From positions 98,022,001-98,086,000 of the forward strand of contig OZ024743.1 of the NCBI GenBank assembly GCA_964016885.1: a stretch of 64,000 nt of DNA, read 5' to 3'. This document shows, piece by piece, positions 1-13,620 of this stretch (position 1 is the first letter of the stretch; each line of letters begins with the position of its first letter). The notes beneath the pieces are model-generated. The model worked only from the letters and a program-made list of their open reading frames with translations. It searched no databases and had not been told where the DNA came from. The translations under genes were made by a program, and so were the position numbers. The stretch is from Eledone cirrhosa. Its lineage: Eukaryota.

Positions 1-157
1 CTGCTCTATACAAACCATGCCTTGTGTTTCTTCTTCCCTTTCGCGTGCTCTGATGAAAACGACTAGTTATAAACAAAGTATTGGAGATCGATTGACGCAA
101 AATCAGACGAGTAGCGAACTCTAGACCTACCAGATCAAAGAAACAATATATATATAT

Positions 158-378
158 ATAACGAAGGAAGTGTGGTTAAGAACCAGGTGGACCATAACGC
201 ATCAGAGTACTCGATACTTGGGGTAGTAGAGTGGGTAATGGGAAAATAGTCAGGACCCCGGCGGCAGAGCTCAACCCGTCTCGACGGCTATTTCTGGACC
301 CAGAAATAGCTGTCGAATGAGTCCAGAAATAGCAGACGAAACAGCTTGAGCTCTGTCGTCGGGGTCCTGACTCTTTTC

Positions 379-380
<2 letters not shown>
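158..380. mobile_element. Fold-back copy of a short TA-flanked repeat family (family V; probable Penelope-like terminal repeat)
   Basis: 241-~300 is an imperfect inverted repeat of ~321-379. The motif gtccagaaatagccgtcgaaacggcttgagctc recurs at ~1758, ~35207, ~50280(-) and ~50463. The 158-240 segment recurs at 1692-1760 and inverted at ~50520-50602. (TA)n on both sides. Confidence 0.7.
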
Positions 381-431
<51 letters not shown>

Positions 432-1070
432 GATGGTGTAATAGGTAAACAGGTACCATTTTCCCGAATGCTCGCTTGATCGAAACCTTCAGTGAAGACT
501 CGCATATTAAATACCTTTCTGTAGTCAATTTACGGTAAAGATTCTAATTTTATATTCAAATTAAATTTATATGCACTGAATGAAGGACTTCTACAATATG
601 GATAGTGATAATAATATCTTTATAAGTATAACTCTTTCCTTCGAAATTTTAGCGTCGGTTTTCCATAGCCGGTAATGTGGGCGAAACTTTGAATTAAATT
701 GTCACTATTAATAATAATTATCATATATATGTATATATATATATGTGTGTGTGTATGTGTGTGTGTGGGTGTGTGTATGTGTGTGTGTTAGTGTGTGTGT
801 GTGTTTGTTTGTGTCTATGTATTTGTGTGTCTGTATATATATATAGTATGTATGTATACATATATATATGTATAAATAGATGTATATATATATACAATAA
901 TAATATTCGATTCGTTTGCAATTATGCAAACAGCCTCTGTTTTAAAGCCATGTCAGTAGAATGAGCCCCTCATTCTTGCTCTTGTGTTTGTGTTGTTAAT
1001 ATTCGAAAAACTCAGATTACATTTATTGTATTCAGCCGTGTAGAGCGATGATTTTTTTTTAATAATATAC

Positions 1071-1153
<83 letters not shown>

Positions 1154-1211
1154 AGATGAAATCGAAAATGCAACTGGAGTCTTATTTTTTTTTTAAATAT
1201 ATATATTTATT

Positions 1212-1258
1212 TGGTTCCTTTACCGGTTTCGCAGTTCTTCTGCTTTTCAAAAGTAGAG
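1212..1258 (-). ncRNA. Mirror copy of the U3-A8 hammerhead motif
   Basis: Reverse complement of 1494-1540 in the left palindrome arm. Confidence 0.6.
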
Positions 1259-1493
1259 TTGAGATGGACGGTCTGTGGTTTTTCTCACATCTGGCTGGTC
1301 TCTGAATTTTACTTGTTTTATATGGAAAAAGTGGCTCGAAATGCCAGGTTTTTCGAGAAGTAATTTGATTGGTTGCCAAACAATCAAATTACTTCTCGAA
1401 AAACCTGGCATTTCGAGCCACTTTTTCCATATGAAACAAGTAAAATTCAGAGACCAGCCAGATGTGAGAAAAACCACAGACCGTCCATCTCAA

Positions 1494-1540
1494 CTCTACT
1501 TTTGAAAAGCAGAAGAACTGCGAAACCGGTAAAGGAACCA
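1494..1540 (+). ncRNA. Minimal type I hammerhead ribozyme motif, U3-A8 core variant
   Basis: ctt TTGAAAA gcag-aagaa-ctgc GAAAC CG GTA aag. Core 1502-1508, 4-bp stem II, palindromic ACCGGT stem III, GUA triplet 1529-1531, only a 3-bp stem I. Confidence 0.6.
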
Positions 1541-1645
1541 AATAAATATATATATTTAAAAAAAAAATAAGACTCCATTGCATTTTCGATTTCATCTCTT
1601 TTTCTTTATACTTTCACTCGTGTAGGACACCTCGGTTATTTTTCA

Positions 1646-1695
<50 letters not shown>

Positions 1696-1869
1696 CGAAG
1701 GAAATGTGGTAAGGAACCAGATGGACCATAACGCACCAAAGTACTCAATACTTAGGGTAGAATTAGCCGTCGAAACGGCTTGAGCTCAGCTGTCTGGGTC
1801 CTACTCGTTCCTATATATATATATAGTAATAAAGTAAAAATAATAATCTGTTATTTTAACGTATGTATG

Positions 1870-1900
<31 letters not shown>

Positions 1901-1960
1901 ATATATTTATATTTATATATATTTATATTTATATATATTTATATATATATATACATATAT

Positions 1961-2022
<62 letters not shown>

Positions 2023-2473
2023 CGACAGATGGGTAAAATTGAAATATATATGTCTGGGTGGGTGTTATATGCGTGCGTGTTTGTGTTTGTACACATACAA
2101 AGAAAAGTTGACATGAAGAGAAAGCGAGATAATAAAAGAAAGGAAGACAGTTTAAATACCATTCCATGCAAACCAACAATCGGTCCATTCATCTCTCTTT
2201 TACATTCTTGTTCTTTATCAACTCCTCTATTATACTATTAATATTTATCTATTCATGTTAAACAGTTCTATTACACATATAGCACTTTTGTTTTTCCATT
2301 AACAATTTTACTCTTTGTTCGTTTGTTTCAATAAAGTTTTACTTCGAAATACAAAGCATACAACAAAAATCAATATCAATATATATATCATATATGTTTT
2401 CAAATTTTCTACAATTTCCTTCACATTATATATATATGTATGTACACGCAAACACACACACGCACGCACACAC

Positions 2474-2530
<57 letters not shown>

Positions 2531-3132
2531 TTATGTGTGTGCGTGTAAATAGATAGATGGACATATATCCATATATACATGCTTTCCCAAGATTATTTAC
2601 ACTGGAACTTATATGTATTTATGTATGTGTATGTATGTAAGAATGTATGTATGTAAGCATGTGTGTATGTATGTATGTATGTATTTATGTATGTATATTC
2701 CCAAGTCTTCCATTCCCTCATAATATTACGTGAGAATTCATAGCTATGATTCTATTATGCAAACTATGTGAGGAAAGATCTCTCCTGGGTTTCAATTTGA
2801 ATCATTCCAATTTTGTTTCTCTTCAAATCTAACCAGGTGAATAGACAGCATTTTTGTTTCTTCTATTTCTTTCTTTGTTTGCTGTTTTGTTTTGTTTTTT
2901 TGTGGCGTCAGTAAAAAATATACACATATTAATTAAAAATAATAAATTTAAATAAAATAGAAAAATAACGTATTTATTATTTGAGTGAAACATCGCCAGG
3001 GAATTGTCAAATTTAACATTAGGTTCTGTTGAAAACATAGAGATATTCTATTTTAGTAAAGAGAAACCTCGAAAACAAAAAAACAATTGTATAGTGATGC
3101 AGAAAAACCTCCCAAGAACTATTTGTCTAATT

Positions 3133-3283
<151 letters not shown>

Positions 3284-3440
3284 TACTGAAACTTATTGAA
3301 TAACTTTGCCTACCTTCCTTTTCCTATCCACAGAAACTAAGAAACAGATAGATAGATAGACAAGTGGATGAATCTTTATATAAATATATATATGTATCTA
3401 TATATGTATATATATATGTGTGTGTATGTGTGTGTGTATG

Positions 3441-3512
<72 letters not shown>

Positions 3513-3719
3513 CATACATACATATATACATACACACACACACAAACAAACACACAAACAAACACACACACACATATATATATATGTGTGTGTGTGCGTC
3601 CGCGTGCGTGTGTCTGTTTGCATGCATATATGTACTTAGAGACAAGCAAACTGGCGTACGTTCATATATTCATCTAAATAAGTTTAAATAATATATATAT
3701 AAAATTAAGTGAGAGAGGA

Positions 3720-3788
<69 letters not shown>

Positions 3789-3998
3789 AATACACATGTC
3801 TATATATGCAAATCAATGTAAGTGCAAATTTTTGAAGGCAAAGTGATCATGCATTAGTTTCTATAAAATTCCTGCTATATGCTTTTTCTCTTGTGTCTTT
3901 TGCTAGTCCTCTCTGCTTCTCTCTCTCCCTCCCCTCCCCCTCCCTCTCCCCAGTATCTCTCTCTCCCGCTCTCCTTTTATATATATATATATATAACA

Positions 3999-4362
3999 AA
4001 ATGCGGAAGAAGAAACTGTGGCACATGCCTATATTTAATTGAATGACAAAAATTCACGTTTTTCACAGAGAAAAACAACTTCACTTGCAACTCAGAGAAC
4101 CTGATCTAAGTAATCACATGCGGTGGCTGTCGACATAACTACATAGGACAGACAGGTGTGTCATTACGCAAAAGAATGACCATCCATCGCCAACAAATCC
4201 GAGACATAAACACAAAAAAAATCCCCTTAAGTAGCCATATTGCAGATACCCCCTTTACAAGTGTCCCGATGCTATCTGTCAACAACAAGGAAAAACTATT
4301 TATTATAAACTATTTAATAACGAAAAACTATTTATTAACAAATTTAAACCAACATTAAATAT
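3999..4362 (+). pseudogene. Penelope-like (Neptune-type) GIY-YIG endonuclease fragment
   Basis: One frame reads KCGRRNCGTC...FTCNSENLI*VITCGGCRHNYIGQTGVSLRKRMTIHRQQIRD, with two in-frame stops. CxxC motifs plus YIGQT..R..H. Starts at a (TA)n tract. Confidence 0.8.
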
Positions 4363-4448
4363 GTAATCACCCCCATTAGATTATCCCTCTCTCCCACACA
4401 CACACACACACGCACACACACATACACACACATACAAACACACACATA

Positions 4449-4518
<70 letters not shown>

Positions 4519-5323
4519 CACAAACACACAAACACACACACCACGGAATAAGAGAAAAAATTGCTCATACACGTATTTTCCAAAACTGCCTGATTGAAAG
4601 CCGCCACTGATGCTTTGTTCTGTTTCTTTTTAATTTCCTACTACAAAGGGACCTGTGACAGACAGGCTGAAGCACACACACACGCCACTCCCCTCACACA
4701 CACGTGTGTATTTTTTTTTATATATACACTTGCACACGTACACACTCACACTCTCTAAAACCATCTTCCAAAACTAGAATTTCTTTTACAATCCTACTGT
4801 TGCCAATCCCATAGAATTTGTCTCTAGCTTACAATTCCCCTCTCCGCCCATCTGAACTCTTGACCAGTCCATTAACACAATTGAGATACACACACAGAAT
4901 ATTTCCTTTGTCCCTAAAAACAATTTTGTTCTATGTGGAAAAATTCACCTACCACTTCTGCTGCTACTATCATGACTACACACCTCTCTCTCTATACACA
5001 AGAGTTCATTTTCCAGTCTCCTCCTCAACAAGGAAGCTGAAAAAAACTTACCTCAACATAAATTTTAAATCTTTAAGTTTTGTTTTTTAATTCTTATTAA
5101 TTCTTTTAATTGTAATATTCAACATTTGATAAGATGAATTTTACTAATACATCAAAACCGATAATACTTTATATACTTTATATACATTACAGAACTCTTA
5201 TTTTTTTAAATTGTCCCTCTCATTTTTTCAATAATGTTACTTTGAGCAATCAAAGAAAGGAAAAAGAATAAAGAAAAACAGACCCTTAAATATATTTTCC
5301 GTGCTATTTCCAATTTCTCCTTT

Positions 5324-5438
<115 letters not shown>

Positions 5439-6399
5439 GAAAGACAGAGAGAGACAGAGAGATAAACACTACTTCAATTTTAGTCTTTTTTGTGAAAAAC
5501 ATTTCATCTTTCCTTACTAGTCCCTTATGTTTAATTTGGAACTATAGCGTTCTAAATCCCTTAGTCTATTGATTTGTTAAGCACTTCATACTCATAAGTT
5601 TGTAGTAAATGCGTATATTTCATGCACGGTCATGGACATACAAGTATAATCTTCATCGGCAGATTTTAATAAGTATTCATTCATCAAATCCTGTTTGTTT
5701 TGTATTAAATTTTTCTTGTACTGTATCTCAAACCAGAAGGGTGGGTGTTCAATATTTTACGATATTTCGAACACTACAGCCCTCTCTCGTAATCACGTAT
5801 GACTTGCTATTTTGTACCAGGCTTTTGCTAAGGGTTTTAGGTGGTAATGCAATTGTAACCAGATACCACCTCGATCCGACTTCCTTCTATCCAAGGGAAT
5901 ATCAAGAACATAGCAGCTGGAAGAAGAGAGGGCTACACCAGCACTGGGCAGATAATTCTTCTTTCGACCCCGAAAGAATGAAGGGCCAAGTGGACCTCGG
6001 TGGGACTTGAGCGCAAAAAGCACAACGAAACCAGGAAAAAATATCCGATTCTGTAATGACACTGCCAAATATAACCCCTATCTCTATTCTTCATCATCAT
6101 ACCCCGAAACTTGACCCCTTTTGTAAATCTTACTAATTCCTATTATCAAATTTATTATCGAAGTTTCCTTATTTTTTTTAGTTCCTTTTTCTTCGTTTTT
6201 CTCCTTTCACAAAGCAATCAAAAGTACCTATCCCCTCTAACCCCCTCATAATTCCCCTATCTATACTGTCTCCCTTTTTGAAAATATAGTCTTGTAGGAT
6301 TATCCTGTGAGTGTGTAGATGAAACTCCAGGTAACATGGCTCATCACTTACACTTAATAAATGAATGTGTACGCACACACACACACATATATATATATA

Positions 6400-6556
6400 T
6401 ATTGTTATACTTGGGGAGGGTCATATTTGTGTAATATTGCCAGAATTAATAACAGAACACACTCACTGTTTGGTTGGTTTTCGCTTCTGTGTCTTTTATA
6501 TCGGTTAATTTAATTTATTCGGTCCTCAATGTTGCCATTAACTGACCAACTGTCAT
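6400..6556 (-). mobile_element. Short dispersed repeat (3' tail of HHR family III)
   Basis: ttgttatacttggggagggtcat... is nearly identical to ~20088-20245 and similar to ~63694-63830; those two copies continue into a hammerhead motif. Confidence 0.7.
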
Positions 6557-6653
6557 ATTATATATATATATATACATACATATGTATATATATATATATA
6601 TATAATATATATATATGTGTATATATATATATATCTGTGTATATATATATATA

Positions 6654-6740
<87 letters not shown>

Positions 6741-7443
6741 CTTGAAAGTACGGTTGTAATCAGTAAAGAAAGAGCCCTAAGTATGTAATCATAGAAGCAA
6801 ATATACCATATATATAAAATAGATAAGCGGAAACGAACTGTCAATTTACCACCATGTACATTTTTTATTCACCCTTTCAACCGTGGCGCCCGTTTCGCCA
6901 TCGACCAGCTCAAGGTACGATTAGACATAGTATTTCCCGCATTTAATATGAATGTATATATTTGTATGCATATATTTGCGTACATGATCACCCCATATCT
7001 ACCTATAAAGGCGGTCCCTCGAATGAAATCAATGCATTTGATAGTAAATTTGAAATTCTGTGGAATGACTGATTAGAAATGTGTGGGGTGAAACTTTGTA
7101 ATACATATTTAAAGTATTTGGGGGTTTATTTAGGAGTAACTCACTGTGGAACTGATGGCAGCAGACGTAGGCATATCTGATGACCTTGACAAGTAGTGAC
7201 ATCTAGTTAGAAATTTAGAGAAGCAGGGGACGTCGAAATACAGGCAGAAGAGACACAGAAATGAAATAATTCGCCTGCCATGCACATTGAAAAGGGAGTC
7301 TTTCCCAACCAACTGAATATCTTTATGTGTTTTATTTCAAGGAAGTCGTTACCTTAAAACCTTTCCGTCGCAGTTGAATATACTCAAACATATTCCACTT
7401 GAACATTGAATGTGATCAACAGTTTATCAACACTAAAGTGTAT

Positions 7444-7579
<136 letters not shown>

Positions 7580-7616
7580 CATATATATATATATATAAAA
7601 TATATATATATATAAA

Positions 7617-7680
<64 letters not shown>

Positions 7681-7738
7681 GGGGGCTTATACCATTAAGA
7701 TCACACAAGGTATGTCACTATCTTAACACCAAATATTA

Positions 7739-7799
7739 TATTTTATCTGACGAAAGCGTACTAAAATGTTAGTACCCTTGAAATACGTATAATAAAATA
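7739..7799 (+). ncRNA. Type I hammerhead ribozyme (family I)
   Basis: tattttat CTGACGA aagcgtacta-aaatgt-tagtaccctt GAAA TACGTA TA ataaaata. Intact core, 8-bp stem I, palindromic stem III, AUA triplet ending at 7791. Confidence 0.85.
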
Positions 7800-8411
7800 A
7801 ATATGCTTTTGTAAAGATATTTTCCATTTATTAATATTGTTAATATATATATATATACTTCATGAGATCGTTATGGGAATTAATCATAAGAAATTGTTGA
7901 AATGCAGAATTAATGATACCTTTAACAGTTTTTAATGTGAGTTTTCTATACTTTACAGGTGATGCACAGCCTTCTTTTTGCTGATGTATCAATGTTGTCA
8001 ATGTACTTAATTAAAATATATTTTCAAAGTGTGAGTTCCTGAAGCACAGGAAGTGTCTAAATTGTGTGTATTCATGATATAGCTGGGGGAGACATTTAAG
8101 TGAAATGTGGCCGCGCCTTCAATTACCGGAACGAACGGCGTGTTGTGATATTCTGCTCCACTATATTCAGTAGAAATGAGTTACGACGCCATTAATGCCA
8201 AGCGGTGTCATTGTCTTGGACAACATTGGTGATTTGAAATAAAGAAAACGTGCATCCTTGGACCATTGCTCGTTTCCACAACACACATTGAAAGAGATGA
8301 GTGTAACAACAGAGTAGACCCATAGAAACAGAGGTAGTAAGTGGGAGGAAGGGGAGTCTAGAGGAAGGGTATAACAGAGGTAGTAAGTGGGAGGAAGGGG
8401 AGAGAGAGAAA

Positions 8412-8611
8412 NNNNNNNNNNNNNNNNNNNNNNNNNNNNNNNNNNNNNNNNNNNNNNNNNNNNNNNNNNNNNNNNNNNNNNNNNNNNNNNNNNNNNNNNN
8501 NNNNNNNNNNNNNNNNNNNNNNNNNNNNNNNNNNNNNNNNNNNNNNNNNNNNNNNNNNNNNNNNNNNNNNNNNNNNNNNNNNNNNNNNNNNNNNNNNNNN
8601 NNNNNNNNNNN
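8412..8611. other. Assembly gap (200 N)
   Basis: Run of n between (GA)n and (GT)n tracts. Confidence 1.
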
Positions 8612-8616
8612 TGTGC

Positions 8617-8663
<47 letters not shown>

Positions 8664-8673
8664 CGCGCGCGTG

Positions 8674-8746
<73 letters not shown>

Positions 8747-9299
8747 ATCCTTCAGTACCATCATTCTAATGAAGGACACTGCCTATTAATTTCAAATAAT
8801 TTTGATAATAATCATAAATTTGGAAAGATTTAGTAATATAACTTTTCATTGTTAAGCTGCTGTTTGGAGAATATCTTAACTAAGGCTTTCACATAAAATT
8901 ATGATGGAAGGTTTTTAGATAATTATAAACACTATACAATTTTGCATCGTAGAATCTGGATTGGTTCAGGCGATTTTGTATGAAGTGGGTTAACAAGCAG
9001 TGGTAAGCATATTCGTTGGTATTTTCAGCCATTAACTGGTCTTCACAAAAGCCTAAATGACATCGATACCAGTTAAATAAATCGACCCAGTATCGGACTG
9101 TTACATTACTTCATCAACTCCAAAAAGGGTAATGCAACTTTTACTACAGGTAGCGTAAAGGCCTACAACATATTCTTCATGATATTCTATATGATACTTT
9201 AACAATGTTTTAGGTGTGAAGGTGTGTGTGTATTAGAGCTCACACCTAGGCAGGTTTTGCTGGCCTCCTCCAAGGTATATCTCGCTGAGGTGTCTTGGG

Positions 9300-9465
9300 T
9301 AATTTAATGATAGGGACCCAGTCTTATCATCTCATTTCTACAGCTGAGTAAAGTGGAGCAACGTGAAATAAAGTGTCTTGCTCAAGGAAACAACACATCA
9401 CCCGGTCCGAGAATTGAACTTACAACCTTTCGATTGCAAACCCCACTAAGCCATGCGCTTTCACA
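9300..9465 (-). mobile_element. tRNA-derived SINE (second family)
   Basis: Minus strand reads gcatggcttagtgg (A box) ... agttcaattc (B box) ... ccttgagcaagacacttt ... cagctgtagaaatgag. Confidence 0.65.
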
Positions 9466-9479
9466 CTGTTTTAGCTGGG

Positions 9480-10900
9480 CCTAGATAATGTGCAACTAGC
9501 TAGTCTTGAGAAACAAAAAACGTTGAAGTAGCGTTAGAAGGAACGGACTAGGGAGCAAGAAAGTGGAGAGAGACTCTAGGCCAGAGACTAGTTTGTTGGC
9601 GAATGAGTATTTGCTACAGAATCGGGTGGGCTTTATTTTTGGAACTTTCTAACATGTATGTAAATATAAAAGTAATGTTATCTCAAATATGAAGGTCTTA
9701 TTTTATTATCAGAAAATTACGTTTGGACTTGAAGTGTGTTTTGGGGTTCCGTTTTAGTTATGTATATAGAATTGCAATTGTGAGTTTAGGCTGTTGCAAC
9801 AATTTCGTGAGGGATATAGATACGTGTTTTCCAATACTAGAGAGGGTGAATAACTATATTTTTGAAGTGGATGATGTCATGAGCAGTGATTGTGAAAGTT
9901 CATTTCAAAGAGTTTAGATCCTAATCAAAGGATACTGTTGCTGTTGTTGTTTTTTGTTTAACCCCAGGTCAATCGTGACTCATAATTCCAACGTTTCAAA
10001 TGCATTCCAGCTTCAACATACCAGTTTTTGGTGTCATTTACATTAACAAATATGCTCTTTCTTGCTTAAAGATAGTTTCATTTGAGAATATTTTGCTTGT
10101 TATTTCTAGCAGAAGGAGCAATCACGTAAAGAATCTCATTTGAATGTTATCAAGGAGACTGTTCATTGAGGCAGTGAAGGTTTTTCGAGGGGTGTGTAAG
10201 TTATGGATACTCTTTTACTCTTTTAATCTTTTACCTGTTCCAGCCATCCGGCTGAGGCCATGCTCGAGCCCCGCCCTTTGATAGAGCCTTGGATAGAGCC
10301 TTTATATTAAGGAAAAGTGAAGATAGGTATTTCTTTCAGAGGCATGAGTGCTGTTAGAGTTGTCAATAATTGTTTTCTACTTTTTGGCACAAGGCCAGCA
10401 ATTATTCCAGTACATTACTGGTACTTTATTTTATCGACCCCGTAAGGATGAAAGGCAAAGTTAACCTCGGCGGGAATTGAACTCAGATCGTAAAGGGACG
10501 TAACTATGATGGGAAGCATAATCCAACCCTCTACCGATACTGCCAATTCACCGCCCTAGAGTTAGAGTTGCAATAATGGGGTTGATTTACAGAAGAAAGT
10601 GTTGCAGACATAACTGACTCTTGAAGCGCACCATAGCTATGTCATTATGGGTTAGTAAGATGGTGTGATTTAAGAAAACGTTCCGTATCCAATAGAAGAG
10701 ATATAGATGAAACTCATTTGTGGCCAACTTAGCAAGAATTTTCTTATGTCGAACATAATCAAAGGCTAGGCTGATGTCAAGTGCATCGACATTGCTTTAA
10801 CTGAATATTACAAGAGTGGGGGAATACTGTTGAGTTACGTATAAACGAGGGTTTCCAATAGATCTGGCAATACAGTAGACGGCTGAGGGACTAGTGTTGG
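9480..10900 (-). pseudogene. Highly degenerate CR1/L2-like LINE reverse transcriptase, split by later insertions
   Basis: Minus strand ~10790-10670 reads ALDISLAFDYVRHKKILAKL...WIRNVFL (cf. LDxSKAFDxVxH), then GALQESVMSATL (cf. GVPQGSVLxP). Boundaries approximate. Confidence 0.55.
10365..10557 (-). mobile_element. tRNA-derived SINE (main family)
   Basis: A/B boxes plus gcctttcatcct..gggtcgataaaataaagtaccag core. Flanked by a gttagagttg(t)caataat duplication. Confidence 0.85.
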
Positions 10901-11454
10901 TTGGGGTAGTGATGGGTAGAAGGATACTACATATTTCATTTACCATTTTCCATTTACCATTTTCTAATGGGCTAAAATGATTAACTGCAATTATAAAAGT
11001 GAAACAGTGTGCAGGTTGTGCATTGTACCATTTGCTAAAGTCGGGTGAGTATTTAAAATATCCACTTGAAAACATCTCTCATATTAAGTGTACAATCTCC
11101 AATTTAAAAGTCAACTACAAACGATCTTTAATCAAAACTTTGTTTTTAGTTTCTCTCGTGTGATGTATATTACTCAACATTACAGTAGCATTACATTATT
11201 AGACTCTATTAGTATTACAACAGTATACTTTTTCAACATCTACCTTTCACATAATCAATTAATTACATTATTTGTCAGTAATTAATTTTCGAAATATCGA
11301 TAAACTAAATAATTAAATCTTTACTTGGTTTCTGATTATCAAAATCCCTATGATAATTTAATTCCAGATAATTCGTGTATTGGAGGAATATCGTGAAAAT
11401 TGAGTATGAAATATCCTGAAGATAATGAAGATTAGTTCTACTGTAACTGTGTGT

Positions 11455-12360
11455 GTGTTAGTGTGTGTTAGTGTGGGGTTAGTGTGGTGGTTAGTGTGTG
11501 TTAGTGTGGGGGTTAGTGTGGTGGTTAGTGTGTGTTAGTGTGTGTTAGTGTGGTGGTTAGTGTGGTGGTTAGTGTGAGGTTAGTGTGGGGTTAGTGTGGG
11601 GTTATTGTGGGGTTAGTGTGGTGGTTAGTGTGTGTTAGTGTGGTGGTTAGTGTGGGGTTAGTGTGGTGGTTAGTGTGGTGGTTAGTGTGTGTTAGTGTGT
11701 GTTAGTGTGGTGGTTAATGTGGTGGTTAGTGTGGGGTTAGTGTGGTGGTTAGTGTGGTGGTTAGTGTGAGGTTAGTGTGGGGTTAGTGTGGGGTTAGTGT
11801 GGGGTTAGTGTGGGGTTAGTGTGGGGTTAGTGTGGTGGTTAGTGTGGTGGTTTGTGTGTGTTAGTGTGGGGGTTAGTGTGGTGGTTACTGTGTGTTAGTG
11901 TGTGTTAGTGTGGTGGTTAGTGTGTTGGTTAGTGTGGTGGTTAGTGTGAGGTTAGTGTTGGGTTAGTGTGGGGTTATTGTGGGGTTAGTGTGGTGGTTAG
12001 TGTGTGTTAGTGTGGTGGTTAGTGTGGGGTTAGTGTGGTGGTTAGTGTGTGTTAGTGTGGGGTTAGTGTGGTGGTTAGTGTGGGGTTAATGTGGGGTTAG
12101 TGTGGGGTTAGTGCGGTGGTTAGTGTGTGTTAGTGTGGTGGTTAGTGTAGGGTTAGTGTGGTGGTTAGTGTGGTGGTTAGTGTGTGTTAGTGTGGTGGTT
12201 AGTGTGGGGTTAGTGTGGTGGTTAGTGTGGTGGTTAGTGTGTGTTAGTGTGGTGGTTAGTGTGGGGTTAGTGTGGTGGTTAGTGTGTGTTAGTGTGGTGG
12301 TTAGTGTGGGGGTAGTGTGGTGGTTAGTGTGTTAGTGTTAGTGTGGAGGTTAGTGTGTTA
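11455..12360. repeat. G/T-rich degenerate minisatellite built on GTTAGTGT(G/GG/GGTG) units
   Basis: Continuous 10-13-bp units, followed by degenerate (GT)n. Confidence 0.95.
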
Positions 12361-13403
12361 GGATGTGTTAGTGTGTGTGTGTGTCGGGATGAGTGTGCGT
12401 CTATGTGTGTGTATGAGTATGTGTGTATGTGTGTGCGTGTGACTGTGTCTGTGTGTATGTTTATGTGTACGTATGTGTGTGTATGTGCATGTATGTGTGT
12501 GTATGTGTGTTTTGTAATGTGTACGTGTGTCTGTGTATAACACTGTGTGTCTGAATGTGCCTGCGTCTATGTGTGTGCGTACGTGTGTGTGTGTGCGTGC
12601 TTGTGTGCCTATGTGTATTAGTATATGTGTGTGTGTGTGTATGTGTGTTTGTATGCTTGTGTGTGTATGTGTATGAGTATGTGTGTATGTGCATATATAT
12701 ATATGTCGTGTGCTGGCGTCATGACAACAGTAGTTTCGAGTTCAGTTTCATGAGAATTATTTTTATATTATTTCCATTATTAACATTCACATATCTCCAT
12801 AATTTACAGCAGCAGTCATAAAATATACTGAAGCTTCATATTTTCCATCTAAAATTATTGCTATTCTTTTTCTTTTGGTTTAGTTTCGTATTTTTTCTTG
12901 TTTTCTTTCATATTTTCAGAAATGACGTCAGGATTGCGTAAGAAAAATATTCAGCAACATGGTAAACGTCTTTTATTTTACCATAACTTAGCTAGAATAC
13001 AATCTTAGATTTTTAGATACATGTTTATTGCCTAAAACTATGAGAATGCTTTCGAATTTGCATTAGAAGGAAAGAAAAGAATATCTTTAAAACAATTGAT
13101 TCTCAAGTAATGCAAATATTGTAAGAATTCATCTTTATCTAGCAGTGCATTTATCTACCTTGAAGGAGCTATTTAGTTTCTCTTCTTCTCACGGATGAAC
13201 GGCAAAATATTATGAAAGATAAACGAAGGCAGTGGGTATAGAAACAATATCGTCTAGATAAACGATATTATGTGATGAATATAATATCGTAATTGAAAAA
13301 TGATTCATGATGCGACCAAAGCGTGGTGAATATTATTATGTCTCCAAAGTTTTTCATAAAGGTATGTTACAATATTGCATTAAAAAGATTATAGATATTG
13401 TCA

Positions 13404-13620
13404 GTTGATTGGCAGAATCGGTAGAGCGTTAGACATCATGTTTGCAATAAAGAGGTGTGGCCCTTTATGTTCTGAGTTCAAATCCCGACGTGGTTAGCTT
13501 TGCCTTTCATCCTTATGAGGTCGATAAAATAAAGTACCAGTAACGAATTGGGGTAGATGTAAACAACTTTCCTCTTCCCTTCAAATCACTGGCCATGTAC
13601 CAAAAGTAGAAACAATTATT
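13404..13620 (+). mobile_element. tRNA-derived SINE (main family)
   Basis: ttggcagaatcggtag A box, gagttcaaatcc B box, conserved core; tattgtca on both flanks. Confidence 0.85.

Larger units (their letters stand above)
1150..1601. repeat. Near-perfect ~450-bp palindrome (arms ~220 bp, centre ~1376) beside (TA)n
   Basis: Left arm is the reverse complement of the right arm with few differences; mirror-image ORFs appear in the ORF track. Confidence 0.97.
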
